NCBI GenBank assembly: GCA_963740315.1
Contig: CAVUDP010000002.1
Coordinates: 832,001 to 896,000 of the forward strand
Direction of reading: 5' to 3'
Length of the DNA: 64,000 bases
Source: an uncultured cyanobacterium
GTDB lineage: Bacteria; Cyanobacteriota; Cyanobacteriia; Cyanobacteriales; Nostocaceae
Positions 1-9,252 of the stretch are shown one piece after another. The notes beneath the pieces are model-generated. The model was not told the DNA's origin and made no database searches. It saw nothing but the letters and a program-made list of their open reading frames with translations. Both the position numbers and the translations under genes were made by a program. Each line of letters starts with the position of its first letter. Positions within the stretch are counted from its first letter, which is position 1.

Positions 1-277
1 TCTCTCCGAAAGCATCACCCGCTACCCGATTACCATCACCAGTAACCGTAACTTTATCTCTTCCTCCTTGTGCATTATCAGTAATATCTAAAGCATCAGC
101 AGAAATAGTGTTCCCGTTTCCTGTAATATCTATATTGTCATTACCACCTTTTTGATGATTGCTTAACGTACCGTCAGTATCTGCAAATACACTATCTCCA
201 GAAATAGAAGCAGGTAAATCAGGTGTAAAATCGCTATTGTTATCGTTACCCAAGGTTGCAATATAAGTAGTTGCCAT
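1..277 (-). CDS. N-terminal part of an RTX/hemolysin-type calcium-binding repeat protein (runs off window edge)
   Basis: ATG at 277-275; open frame MATTYIATLGNDNNSDF...KGGNDNIDITGNGNTISADA...QGGRDKVTVTGDGNRVAGDAFG with Gly/Asp/Asn-rich GGND-like repeats; not in ORF track because it is truncated. Confidence 0.65.
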   Translation of the reverse strand, partial: MATTYIATLGNDNNSDFTPDLPASISGDSVFADTDGTLSNHQKGGNDNIDITGNGNTISADALDITDNAQGGRDKVTVTGDGNRVAGDAFGE

Positions 278-464
278 GAGAAATAAGGTATTTTATTGAT
301 GTTTGAAAAATTTCTAATGCAACAATTCTCACATCAAAAAATTCCAACTTTGTAAAGTTAATAGTAATAAATTGACTTTTTATTTAAAATTTTCGAGTAT
401 TATTCCGGATAAATCAGCAAATTTATCATCTCTATTTGGAGTGCGTTATCAACGATTAAAGCTT

Positions 465-1024
465 GTAGGTTGGGTTAGACACGAAAATTAATTTGATTAA
501 AAACGATAACCTTCAATCGTGTCGTAACCCAACATCAATATTTGAAAAAACCACAAATAATATTGGGTTACGGTGCAATTTCTAATTCATTGATTAAAAA
601 TCATGTTTATAAAAGCATCATTACCAATTTACTCTCTATTCCCTAAATTGTAGAATGGTGCGTTATGGCTTTAATAAAATAACTTTTACTAATAAAACTT
701 ATCGTGCCAATAACACACCCTACATCTATATTCCCTTCTGCGTTAAGAGCGTTTAGCTTGTAGGTTGGGTTAGACACGAAAATTAATTTGATTAAAAACA
801 ATAACCTTTAATAGTGTCGTAACCCAACATTACCCAATTGAGATATTTAAGAATACTTCGTTGGAAGATGTTGAGTTACAGCGCTAACATAATTTTTTGT
901 TGAGCATGATTATTCTTCGTGCGCCGTGAAGCTAACCTACGAACTACATATACCACTTTGATGAATCGAAATATAAAGTGATGATTTCACATTGTTGGAG
1001 ACGTAGCAGTGCTACGTCTCTACA
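465..1024. repeat. Cluster of GTAG-type palindromic REP-like repeats
   Basis: GTAGGTTGGGTTAGAC...GTCGTAACCCAACAT at 465-535 and 760-830 (near identical); reversed degenerate copy 868-940; GGTGCGTTA...ACACACCCTAC type at ~657-723; GAGACGTAGCAGTGCTACGTCTCTAC hairpin at ~997-1023. Confidence 0.85.
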
Positions 1025-1048
1025 CGAGTTTTGCGTTTAATACAAAAT

Positions 1049-3934
1049 TTAACTATTAACTAATTCCTTAAACTTCTCATCTTCTGCAATTGCTTCAAAA
1101 TCTGGATCGTTGACAGCATCTTGCTTATATTTATCGTTCAATTCAATCGCTTTTTTCAGAGTCTCCACTGCTTCATCAACTTTACCTTGGTAGCTGTAAC
1201 AAATTGCTTTGTTGTAATAAGCGCTGGCGTAGTTTTCATCCATTTCCAAGGCTTTATCGAAGCTAGTCAACGCTTCTTCATCTCTTTCCAATTCAACCAA
1301 AACATAACCCCGCTTATCCCAAGCTTTGGGAGTGGGATTAAATTCAATTGCTTTATCAAAAGAAGCAACCGCATCTTCGTAACGCTCCAACATTTCCAAA
1401 GCCATACCGCGATTCATCCAAGCTACACCGTCGGAAGGCTCTACTTCTACCGCTTTATCAAAGGATTTAAAAGCATCTTCGTGACGCTGCAATTTTCCTA
1501 AAATTACGCCTTTGTCAACGATAGCTTGATGGTAATCGGGTTTAATTTTCAACGCTCGATCGAAACCAGCGATCGCATCTTCGTAGCGCTTAATTCTTCC
1601 TAAGCACATTCCCAACACAAACCAAAGTTTTTCGTTATCTGGCTGCTTTTTCACGACTTTACCAAAAGCGGTAATTGCAGCTTCATAACGCTTGATTTCC
1701 ATCAATGCTAAACCGCGATGGTACCAGCTATCGGTATGATTCGGATTAATTTCTAATACTTTATCAAATGTTGCGATCGCGTCTTCGTATTGTTTCAATT
1801 CCCACAGCGTTAAACCTTTCTGATACCAGATTTTTTCGTTTTCTGGCTGTACTTCTAAGGCTTTATCATAAGTGTCAATTGCTTCAAGGTAATTCCCGAC
1901 TGCAAATAACTCGTTACCCTGAGTAACAAATTCATCGAGATTTACAAATAACTGGGGATGATTTGATTTAAGCTTTTCTATTGGTTCGATTACTTTCTCT
2001 AACTTATGCAAGATTTCACCAACGGCAGAGTCAGCGATTTCACTCGGTGTAATTTCGGATAGCTTTTGTAATATCTGCTGCTTTTCAACTTCTGCATCAG
2101 ATTGCACTAACTTCAATTGTTCGCTTAAAGTTGATTCCAATTTATCCAACTTATCCAAACTGGAATCTTTGCGAGCGGTAATTTCCGATTGTAAAGCCGC
2201 AAGTTGTTCCTGAGCGGTTTTTTCTAATTTTTGCAGGCTTTCTAAAGTTTGATTTTGTTGAGATTGTACACCATCGGTAGAAGTTGAAATTTTGGTATTA
2301 ACTTCTTGTTCGAGATTTTGCAATAATTCGTAAGCGGAATCCTTGCGAATTTGTACCTCAGATTGTAAAACAGCGAATTGTGCCGTTAAATCGGTTTCCA
2401 ACTGCGACAAGCTTTGGAGAGTTTCTTGTCTTTGCTGTTGAATTTGCGATCGCGATTCTGTAAGTTCGGCAGTGACGGAAGTTTCGAGATTAACTACATT
2501 ATTTTGGGTTGAATTAACTTGCTCTTGAATCAAGTTTTGAGCTTGCTGCAATTCCGCATTAATTTCGTCGCGTAGTTTTTCGAGATTTTGCAGCGTTACA
2601 TCCTTTTGTTGTACCGCTTTTTCTCTCGCTTCTGCTTCAATATCATCTAATTGGGGAGCAAAATCGGTTTCTAACTTCTGTAAATTCTGTAAAATTGCAT
2701 CTTTATAAAGTTGAGCATCTTGTTGAAGTTGGGAAAGTTGATTAACAAACTCGGATTCTTTACCCGCAAATTTTTGAATAGTTCCATCTTTTTGGGTTTC
2801 CAAATCAACTTCTAATTGAGCAACCGTGCGCTCAAACTGATTCTCGGAAAGTTTTAAATTCTCGATAATCGCATCTTTTTGAGATTGTACGTGAGTCAGA
2901 ATTGCGGAAAGTTGAGGAGCAAAATTCGCTTCCAACTGCTGTAAATTCTGTAAAATTTGCTGTTGCTGCCCTTGCGTCGCCAATTGAAGTTGCTGTAACT
3001 CGCTTGTAAAGTCTGTTTGCGACTGCTTAATATTTTGTACAGTTAAATCCTTCTGTTGCTGCAAATCCGCTTGCAGTACATTTAACTTGGGTTTAAACTC
3101 CGCAGAAAGACTTTGCAAAGAAACCAAAATCAAATCCCGCTGCTGCTCTGCTACTAACTGAAGTTGCTTTAAATCGCTGACAAAATCAACTTGCGACTGC
3201 TTGAGAGTTTCCGCAACATCATTTTTCTGCCGTAAAACATCCGATTGCAACCCCTGCATCTGTGGAGCGAATTCTGCACTCAACCTTTCCAAATTTTGAA
3301 TAATCGAATTACCTTGCTGTTGAGCATTCGCTTGTACTTCCGACAACTTACCAGTAAATTCCGCATCCAACTTATTCAAAGCTTGCTTAAAAACGTTTAT
3401 TTGCGATTCAATTTCCGACAAAGCCTGTTGCTTCGACGCAGATAAATCCGCAACCAACAGCGATAAACCTTCTCGCTTACCGCCAATATCTTCACTTAAA
3501 ATTTTAGCTTCTTGATTCAACTCATCAACAGTATCTTCTGCTTCGTCAATGAGTTTTTGTACCTTTTTATTAGCGATCGCAATTCTGGTTTCTAAATCTC
3601 CCAATTCCTTAAAACGTGCTGCAACCAACTTGGTTACTTCCCGAAAAACCGCACGCCTTAACAAGAATATGGCAATAATTAACCCAATCGTTAATACAAC
3701 TAACGTAGCGAGTAGCGTATTAAATAGAAAAGCCGTTTGATTAATAAATTTATTCGTAGTTTCCTGCTGCTGCTCCAACTGTTCAATCTGCTGCTGAGTC
3801 GGAGCTTGAGCAACAACATAATTGGAATTCGGTGTTGGTTTCGCCGCCTCTACCCCAACAGACATCAAAAGGGTTGACAACATTATATTGCCGAACGAAA
3901 CCAAAGCAAATATCTTTGAATTAAAACGAGTCAC
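1049..3934 (-). CDS. Membrane-anchored long coiled-coil protein with C-terminal TPR repeats
   Basis: N-terminal signal-like and TM segments, ~550 aa Q/E/L-rich coiled coil, ~8 TPR motifs (YEDAIATFDKVLEINP-type). Confidence 0.85.
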   Translation of the reverse strand: MTRFNSKIFALVSFGNIMLSTLLMSVGVEAAKPTPNSNYVVAQAPTQQQIEQLEQQQETTNKFINQTAFLFNTLLATLVVLTIGLIIAIFLLRRAVFREVTKLVAARFKELGDLETRIAIANKKVQKLIDEAEDTVDELNQEAKILSEDIGGKREGLSLLVADLSASKQQALSEIESQINVFKQALNKLDAEFTGKLSEVQANAQQQGNSIIQNLERLSAEFAPQMQGLQSDVLRQKNDVAETLKQSQVDFVSDLKQLQLVAEQQRDLILVSLQSLSAEFKPKLNVLQADLQQQKDLTVQNIKQSQTDFTSELQQLQLATQGQQQQILQNLQQLEANFAPQLSAILTHVQSQKDAIIENLKLSENQFERTVAQLEVDLETQKDGTIQKFAGKESEFVNQLSQLQQDAQLYKDAILQNLQKLETDFAPQLDDIEAEAREKAVQQKDVTLQNLEKLRDEINAELQQAQNLIQEQVNSTQNNVVNLETSVTAELTESRSQIQQQRQETLQSLSQLETDLTAQFAVLQSEVQIRKDSAYELLQNLEQEVNTKISTSTDGVQSQQNQTLESLQKLEKTAQEQLAALQSEITARKDSSLDKLDKLESTLSEQLKLVQSDAEVEKQQILQKLSEITPSEIADSAVGEILHKLEKVIEPIEKLKSNHPQLFVNLDEFVTQGNELFAVGNYLEAIDTYDKALEVQPENEKIWYQKGLTLWELKQYEDAIATFDKVLEINPNHTDSWYHRGLALMEIKRYEAAITAFGKVVKKQPDNEKLWFVLGMCLGRIKRYEDAIAGFDRALKIKPDYHQAIVDKGVILGKLQRHEDAFKSFDKAVEVEPSDGVAWMNRGMALEMLERYEDAVASFDKAIEFNPTPKAWDKRGYVLVELERDEEALTSFDKALEMDENYASAYYNKAICYSYQGKVDEAVETLKKAIELNDKYKQDAVNDPDFEAIAEDEKFKELVNS

Positions 3935-4008
3935 AACTCCCTTCCCTTGTCTGTTGGTAATTATAGTTAACGCCTATATAATAGCGGCTTTTTGGGTAGG
4001 TGTGGGAA

Positions 4009-4335
4009 TGGGGGATTGGGAGATGGGGAGATGGGGGGATGGGGAGATGGGGGGATGGGGGGATGGGGAGATGGGGGGATGGGGGGATGGGGGGATGGGG
4101 AGTACTTCGACAAGTCTTACAGTGAGCTACGTCGAACTGCTCAGTAACCTTTGGGGGGATGGGGAGATGGGGGGATGGGGAGTACTTCGACAAGTCTTAC
4201 AGTGAGCTACGTCGAACTGCTCAGTAACCTTTGGGGGGATGGGGAGTACTTCGACAAGTCTTACAGTGAGCTACGTCGAACTGCTCAGTAACCTTTGGGG
4301 GGATGGGGAGATGGGGGGATGGGGAGATGGGGAGA
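4009..4335. repeat. GGGGAGAT/GGGGGGAT short tandem repeat tract containing three copies of a 52-bp dispersed element
   Basis: Octamer tract; identical 52-mers at 4101-4152, 4181-4232, 4245-4296. Confidence 0.9.
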
Positions 4336-4350
4336 CAAGGGGAAATAATT

Positions 4351-4790
4351 GTAGGGTGTGTGAGGCTTCGATGATTTTGTTGCTGGTTATAAGGAAGATA
4401 ATAGCCTCACGCACCATCTTTGAATTTTGGTGATTTTTTAATCGGTTGGTTGGAGTGCGTTAAGCGAAGTTCACCTTTATGTATCGCCTTCTGATTGTAA
4501 ATTCATTCTTGTAGGGTGTGTGAGGCTTCGATAAATTTTGTTGGTGGTTATAAGGAAGATAATAGCCTCACGCACCATCTTTGAATTTTGGTGATTTTTT
4601 AATCGGTTGGTTGGAGTGCGTTAAGCGAAGCTCACGTTTATGTATCGCCTTCTTATTGTAAATTCATTCTTGTAGGGTGTGTGACGCTTCGATTATTTTG
4701 TTGGTGGTTATAAGATAATAGCCTCACGCACCATCTTTGAATTTTGGGGATATTTTAATGGGTTGGTTGCAATATTATAAGCAAAGCTCG
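4351..4790. repeat. Tandem ~160-bp repeat (about 2.7 units) built on a GTAG-type palindromic element
   Basis: Units start at 4351, 4511, 4672 with GTAGGGTGTGTGA(G/C)GCTT...AGCCTCACGCACC arms. Confidence 0.9.
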
Positions 4791-5171
4791 CTTCAAGAGA
4801 AGTCAGTGCTGATACAAAAGCACTCACTAAGTTGCGTATGGTATTTGATTAAAAACTGGAAGCGGAAGTTAACAAAAATATGTCATTTAAAATACTTGTG
4901 TATTTATATGTATTTATGGCTAACTAGGTTATGTCAATGATAAATTGCAACTTACAGCAATAATTTAAAAAAAATTTATACCTCACCTTACCAAGCGTTG
5001 CATCCTTTTGTCAGTCAACGTTAACCAGATAAATAGCGTAGTAAATTTAGATATTGTCAGAAGTTTAACCGCTGCCGTTAGCGTTTCCCCTTAGTAAAAA
5101 CTGCATAAGTTGACTTCACTTTCACCCATAACTTTTATAGCAAACAGTTAAAAGTCAGGAAAACCAGGAAT

Positions 5172-5552
5172 ATGGATATTACTAATTTAGTCCCAGAATT
5201 CAACCAATACACACTTGTGCAAAAAAAATTATTTTTAGATTGGATTGAACTACCCATCGAAAATGATCGAGATGAAGAAGCTAGACAGCGTTTTCTTAAC
5301 TCATTAAATAATCCTAATGATTCTAATAATCAAGAAGATTTGAATGAAATAGAAATAAATGAAAGATTGGATTTATTGATTCAAAGAGTCGAAAATAAAG
5401 AAACAAAAACTATACAGGTACTATCTTTTCGTAGTCCTGGTAATAGAGATACAGATAGAATAAGCGATAAAACACGACTTAAAGAACGTTGCAAAGCACA
5501 GTGTGTGCAGGACTCCAATTATAGTAAATGTGTTAATGATTGTATTGGTTAA
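5172..5552 (+). CDS. Hypothetical 126-aa protein with C-terminal CX3C-X8-CX3C motif
   Basis: ATG preceded by AGGA; ends ...RCKAQCVQDSNYSKCVNDCIG*; overlaps the start of the next gene. Confidence 0.65.
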   Translation: MDITNLVPEFNQYTLVQKKLFLDWIELPIENDRDEEARQRFLNSLNNPNDSNNQEDLNEIEINERLDLLIQRVENKETKTIQVLSFRSPGNRDTDRISDKTRLKERCKAQCVQDSNYSKCVNDCIG

Positions 5553-7290
5553 TGATTTTGTTGGCACAAAACTTTGTGGTAAATCCTTTAAAGGTCAGAA
5601 TCTAGCTAATGCCAATTTTCAAGGTGCTGATATTAGAGGAGTAGATTTTACTAATACTAATCTGACAAATGCCAACTTTAGTTATATAATTTCTGGAACA
5701 CAGAATTACGTCAGATTCTCTGTGTTCCTTGTTTCATTACTGCTAATAGCTATAGCAGGTATAATTTCTAAATTAGGTGGAGATGATCTCTTTCCAACAG
5801 AAGACTATTCCATATCTTATGCAATAGTCTTAGTTTCCTTATTACTGTTCTTATTTCTTACTTGCTTTAAAGGTTTTCTAGCAGGTTTATCCTCTGGAAT
5901 TGCAGTTTTACTTCCAGGATTAGTTATAGGCTTAATTGTCCCCGATCCTTTGCCTAAACTGATTCAACAAATAAGTGAAGCTTGGTTTACGGGAGTTCCA
6001 GCTTTATCTCTAATTGCAATTAGTTCCACAATTATCGCTTTAGCTACTACTGTAATTATAATTGTATTTGAGTCTGTACCTGTGGCTATCTTTATCGCTA
6101 TATGTATAGCTACGGGTTCATCTACATATTTACCAATAAGAGCATCAACATTCACTGTAGTACCTACTATAGCTATGGCAGCAAGCTATATTAGTTGGCA
6201 AGCTTCGGTTGGAAATGAAAAGTTTTTTTGGATTTACAAAAGTGCTATTTTTTTAGCTTCTATAGGTGGTACTAGCTTTCGTAATTCTAATTTAACTGAA
6301 GCTAATTTTACAGGAGCGACATTAAAAAATACAAATTTTAGAAAAGCTATTCTTACTCGTACCAAATTTCATCAAACCAAGAAATTAGATTTAGTTCGTC
6401 CTGGTTTTACCTACCTCCAAAAACCACAAGTTCGTCAATTACTAGTTACGGCACGAGGACAAAATCAAAATTTTGACCGAATCGATCTGCGAGGAGTTAA
6501 TCTTGAAAAAGCTAATTTAATCGATGCTAGTTTTATTGGTGCAGATTTAAGCGAAGCCAATTTACAAGACGCTAATTTATCCAGAGCGATATTAAAACAT
6601 ACACAGTTAGATGCAACTGACTTTACAGGTGCTACTCTCACCGGAGCTATTATAGAAGATTGGGGTATTACTAATGAAACTAAGTTTGATGGGGTGCGCT
6701 GCGAGTACGTTTATATGCGACTTCCCACTAAAGTAAATCCCGATCCTTGGCGCAAACCAGATAACAATGCAGAAGTATTTGCTGATGGTGAATTTGGCGA
6801 TTTTATTAAACCAATAGTTGATACACTCGATCTTTACCACAAACAAAATGTCGATCCCCGTGCGATCGCAATTTCATTCAAGCAGTTAACACAAAACAAT
6901 CCTGATGCTCAACTGCGACTTGTCGGGATGGAAGCAAAAGGTGATGATAAATTTTTACTTCGTCTTAAAACTGCACCTGCTACTGATAAGTCGGAATTAA
7001 GTGCAGAATATTTTGAAACTTACAATCGTGTTAAAGCTTTAGCACAGCAAGAAATCCAAGCGCTATTAGCAGAAAAAGACAATCGAATTGTTAGTTTAGA
7101 AAGTATAATAAGTACGGCGTTACAACGTCCTAATTTTTATTCAAATACTTCAATAGAAAAAGTAGATAATATAAGCAATCAACCAGGTGGAATCTCTCAA
7201 AACATCAGTGGTGGAGAAGTACATGGTGGTATGCAAGCCGTACAAGGCGATCGCAATCAACAAGCAATGGATTCTCAATCCAAAATCTAA
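5536..7290 (+). CDS. Membrane pentapeptide-repeat protein
   Basis: A(D/N)(L/F)xx pentapeptide blocks either side of a multi-TM region; ATG at 5536 chosen over the GTG at 5503. Confidence 0.85.
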   Translation: MIVLVNDFVGTKLCGKSFKGQNLANANFQGADIRGVDFTNTNLTNANFSYIISGTQNYVRFSVFLVSLLLIAIAGIISKLGGDDLFPTEDYSISYAIVLVSLLLFLFLTCFKGFLAGLSSGIAVLLPGLVIGLIVPDPLPKLIQQISEAWFTGVPALSLIAISSTIIALATTVIIIVFESVPVAIFIAICIATGSSTYLPIRASTFTVVPTIAMAASYISWQASVGNEKFFWIYKSAIFLASIGGTSFRNSNLTEANFTGATLKNTNFRKAILTRTKFHQTKKLDLVRPGFTYLQKPQVRQLLVTARGQNQNFDRIDLRGVNLEKANLIDASFIGADLSEANLQDANLSRAILKHTQLDATDFTGATLTGAIIEDWGITNETKFDGVRCEYVYMRLPTKVNPDPWRKPDNNAEVFADGEFGDFIKPIVDTLDLYHKQNVDPRAIAISFKQLTQNNPDAQLRLVGMEAKGDDKFLLRLKTAPATDKSELSAEYFETYNRVKALAQQEIQALLAEKDNRIVSLESIISTALQRPNFYSNTSIEKVDNISNQPGGISQNISGGEVHGGMQAVQGDRNQQAMDSQSKI

Positions 7291-7298
7291 AACCTAAA

Positions 7299-7490
7299 AT
7301 GACCCAAAATTGGTTCGACAACGTATACATCAAAGCTCAAGGTGACTCTAAGCAAGTTCCTTGGGCTAACATAAGTGCAAATGTCTATCTCACAGATTGG
7401 TTAAATCAACATCCATTCAATCTTTACATTTAAAACTGCGATACGCGAAGCAATGGAAGCTGTTGCTCAATTAGTCGCTGAAAATGAAGA
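7299..7490 (+). pseudogene. Internally deleted, frameshifted paralogous copy of the 9253-9873 methyltransferase
   Basis: MTQNWFDNVYIKAQGDSKQVPWAN...NQHP matches the N-terminus of the 9253 gene, then jumps out of frame to IQSL.LK and AVAQLVA matching ~9598-9665. Confidence 0.85.
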
Positions 7491-7493
7491 ATC

Positions 7494-8036
7494 TCAACCC
7501 AACAACCTCCCCGGCAAACCCTTCACCGCTCTTTCAAAAGGTTCGATATCATCCAAAATTCTCACTAAAACCAGCGCTCCTTGAATTTGAGCAATCGCAT
7601 CTTGCGACCTAATTTGGGCAACTTCCGCTTCAATCCCTGCATCTACCAACACTTGAGCTAAGGTTTTGATCGTCAATTCCAACTTTGCTTTTACTCTGTC
7701 ATGAAACAGGTTATCGGCTTCACCAAATGACATTATCGCCAAAAAACAAGAATTTCTCCCCGAATCGTAAAACTCTCGCAAACTATTGCAAGCAGCTTGA
7801 ATCTTAGCAGCAGGTTCACCTTCTCCCCGCAAAGTCTTCAGCACCAAGCTACCAAAACCAATACCCACATACTCAAATACAGCAGCAGCCATTTCCGATT
7901 TACCACCAGGAAAGTAATGGTAAAGGCTGGCTTTTCCTAATCCGCTCGCTTTTGACAGCAAGGATAGACTAGCACCTTCATAACCATGCTTCCTAAATGC
8001 TGGAATTAATTTGACAATCGCTTCTTCTCTGGTCAT
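7494..8036 (-). CDS. TetR/AcrR family transcriptional regulator
   Basis: N-terminal HTH: FRKHGYEGASLSLLSKASGLGKASLYHYFPGGK. Confidence 0.92.
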   Translation of the reverse strand: MTREEAIVKLIPAFRKHGYEGASLSLLSKASGLGKASLYHYFPGGKSEMAAAVFEYVGIGFGSLVLKTLRGEGEPAAKIQAACNSLREFYDSGRNSCFLAIMSFGEADNLFHDRVKAKLELTIKTLAQVLVDAGIEAEVAQIRSQDAIAQIQGALVLVRILDDIEPFERAVKGLPGRLLG

Positions 8037-8057
8037 TTACAACTATTTTTGGCTGTA

Positions 8058-8116
8058 TTGACATTTTACCCAACAATCGGTACGGTTTTTTATAACCTCT
8101 AAACCGAACGTTCGGT
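8058..8116 (+). promoter_or_regulatory. Sigma70-type promoter with two putative TetR operators
   Basis: TTGACA 8058-8063, 17 bp spacer, TACGGT 8081-8086; perfect palindrome ACCGAACGTTCGGT 8103-8116; imperfect copy ACCCAACAATCGGT 8068-8081. Confidence 0.7.
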
Positions 8117-8123
8117 ACAAAAA

Positions 8124-9143
8124 ATGAGAATAATTGATTACGAACATATAGGGATTCGGGTGAGCGATCGCGTTGAAGCTTTAGAATTTTACGAAAAGCT
8201 GGGATTTATCGAAGAGGAGTATTTTCCCAAACATCAAGCCAGCGAGTTAGTTACAGCCGATGGCGTTTATATTAATTTGATTTTTAATGGAGCAAAACGC
8301 GATGGTAACATCTTGATGGATGAACCGATTAAGTATCCAGGAATTACTCATCCAGCTTTTATTGTGGATGATTTGGATCGACTGTTAGAAAAATTAGAAC
8401 AAGAGAATATTCAAGTCACCGAAGGACCAAAATATATTGGAGAGCGCCGTAGAGCTTGTTTCATTCGCGATCCTGATGGCAACGTATTAGAGTTCGACCA
8501 AATTTATCCATCCACGGCACAACAAGAGACTCAAATTTCGACTATGAAACTATATGATTTAGAGCTTTCAGGAAACTGCTACAAAATACGTTTATTTTTA
8601 TCTTTAATGAATGTAAAATATGAGCTTGTGCCCGTCGATTTCATGGCTGGACAACATAAATCACCAGAATTTTTGCAGTTAAATCCTTTCGGACAAATCC
8701 CAATATTAGAAGATGACGATTTAATTTTGAGAGATTCCCAAGCAATTTTAGTTTATCTAGCTAAAAAACATGGTGGAGAAGCGTGGTTTCCTAGCGATGC
8801 TGCGGGAATGGCACAGGTAATTCAATGGTTATCAACAGCAGCGAACGAAATTGCTCGCGGTGTTGCTGATGCAAGGTTGAGCAAAAAATTTGGTTTTGCG
8901 ATTGACTTAGATGCAGCGCAGAAAAAAGCAGAGTCAATTTTAAATCTTATCGAACAACATTTAACTAAAAATCAATGGTTAGCTTTAAATCGTCCTACCA
9001 TTGCCGATATTGCTTGTTTTCCCTATATTGCTTTAGCGCCAGAAGGTGGTGTGATGTTAGACAAATATCCTGCTATAAATCAATGGTGCGATCGCATTAA
9101 AAAACTACCCAATTTCATTGAAATGCCTGGAATCAGCAAGTAA
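8124..9143 (+). CDS. VOC/glyoxalase-domain and glutathione S-transferase fusion protein
   Basis: N-half has EHIGIRV...THPAF...FIRDPDGNVLEF; C-half from 8544 has MKLYD...SGNCYK...NPFGQIP...DSQAI...TIADIA. Confidence 0.9.
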   Translation: MRIIDYEHIGIRVSDRVEALEFYEKLGFIEEEYFPKHQASELVTADGVYINLIFNGAKRDGNILMDEPIKYPGITHPAFIVDDLDRLLEKLEQENIQVTEGPKYIGERRRACFIRDPDGNVLEFDQIYPSTAQQETQISTMKLYDLELSGNCYKIRLFLSLMNVKYELVPVDFMAGQHKSPEFLQLNPFGQIPILEDDDLILRDSQAILVYLAKKHGGEAWFPSDAAGMAQVIQWLSTAANEIARGVADARLSKKFGFAIDLDAAQKKAESILNLIEQHLTKNQWLALNRPTIADIACFPYIALAPEGGVMLDKYPAINQWCDRIKKLPNFIEMPGISK

Positions 9144-9252
9144 CTAACTAATTCATAACCCCTGCCACGGTGGGTTTTGCCTGTGTAGCAGCGGTAACAA
9201 AGCGCCAGATTAATTAACAAATATCCCCCTAATCCAAACCCCAAAACCTAAA

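Noticed and set aside
404..409. TCCGGA upstream of the first gene as a DIF1 promoter
   Set aside because: No GTA at the 18-nt spacing seen at patX; a lone hexamer is expected by chance.
4101..4296. Three identical 52-bp repeats as a CRISPR array
   Set aside because: Intervening sequences are 12-28 bp of low-complexity STRR, not unique spacers; single copies occur elsewhere; no cas genes.
3822..4433. ORFs 3822-4205, 3921-4193, 4239-4433 (GDGEMG/PHLPIP peptides)
   Set aside because: Translations of STRR and dispersed-repeat DNA. The same applies to 13154-13336, 21351-21602, 42579-42800 and 52637-52822.
4351..4790. 160-bp tandem as a CRISPR array
   Set aside because: The whole unit is repeated, with no unique spacers.
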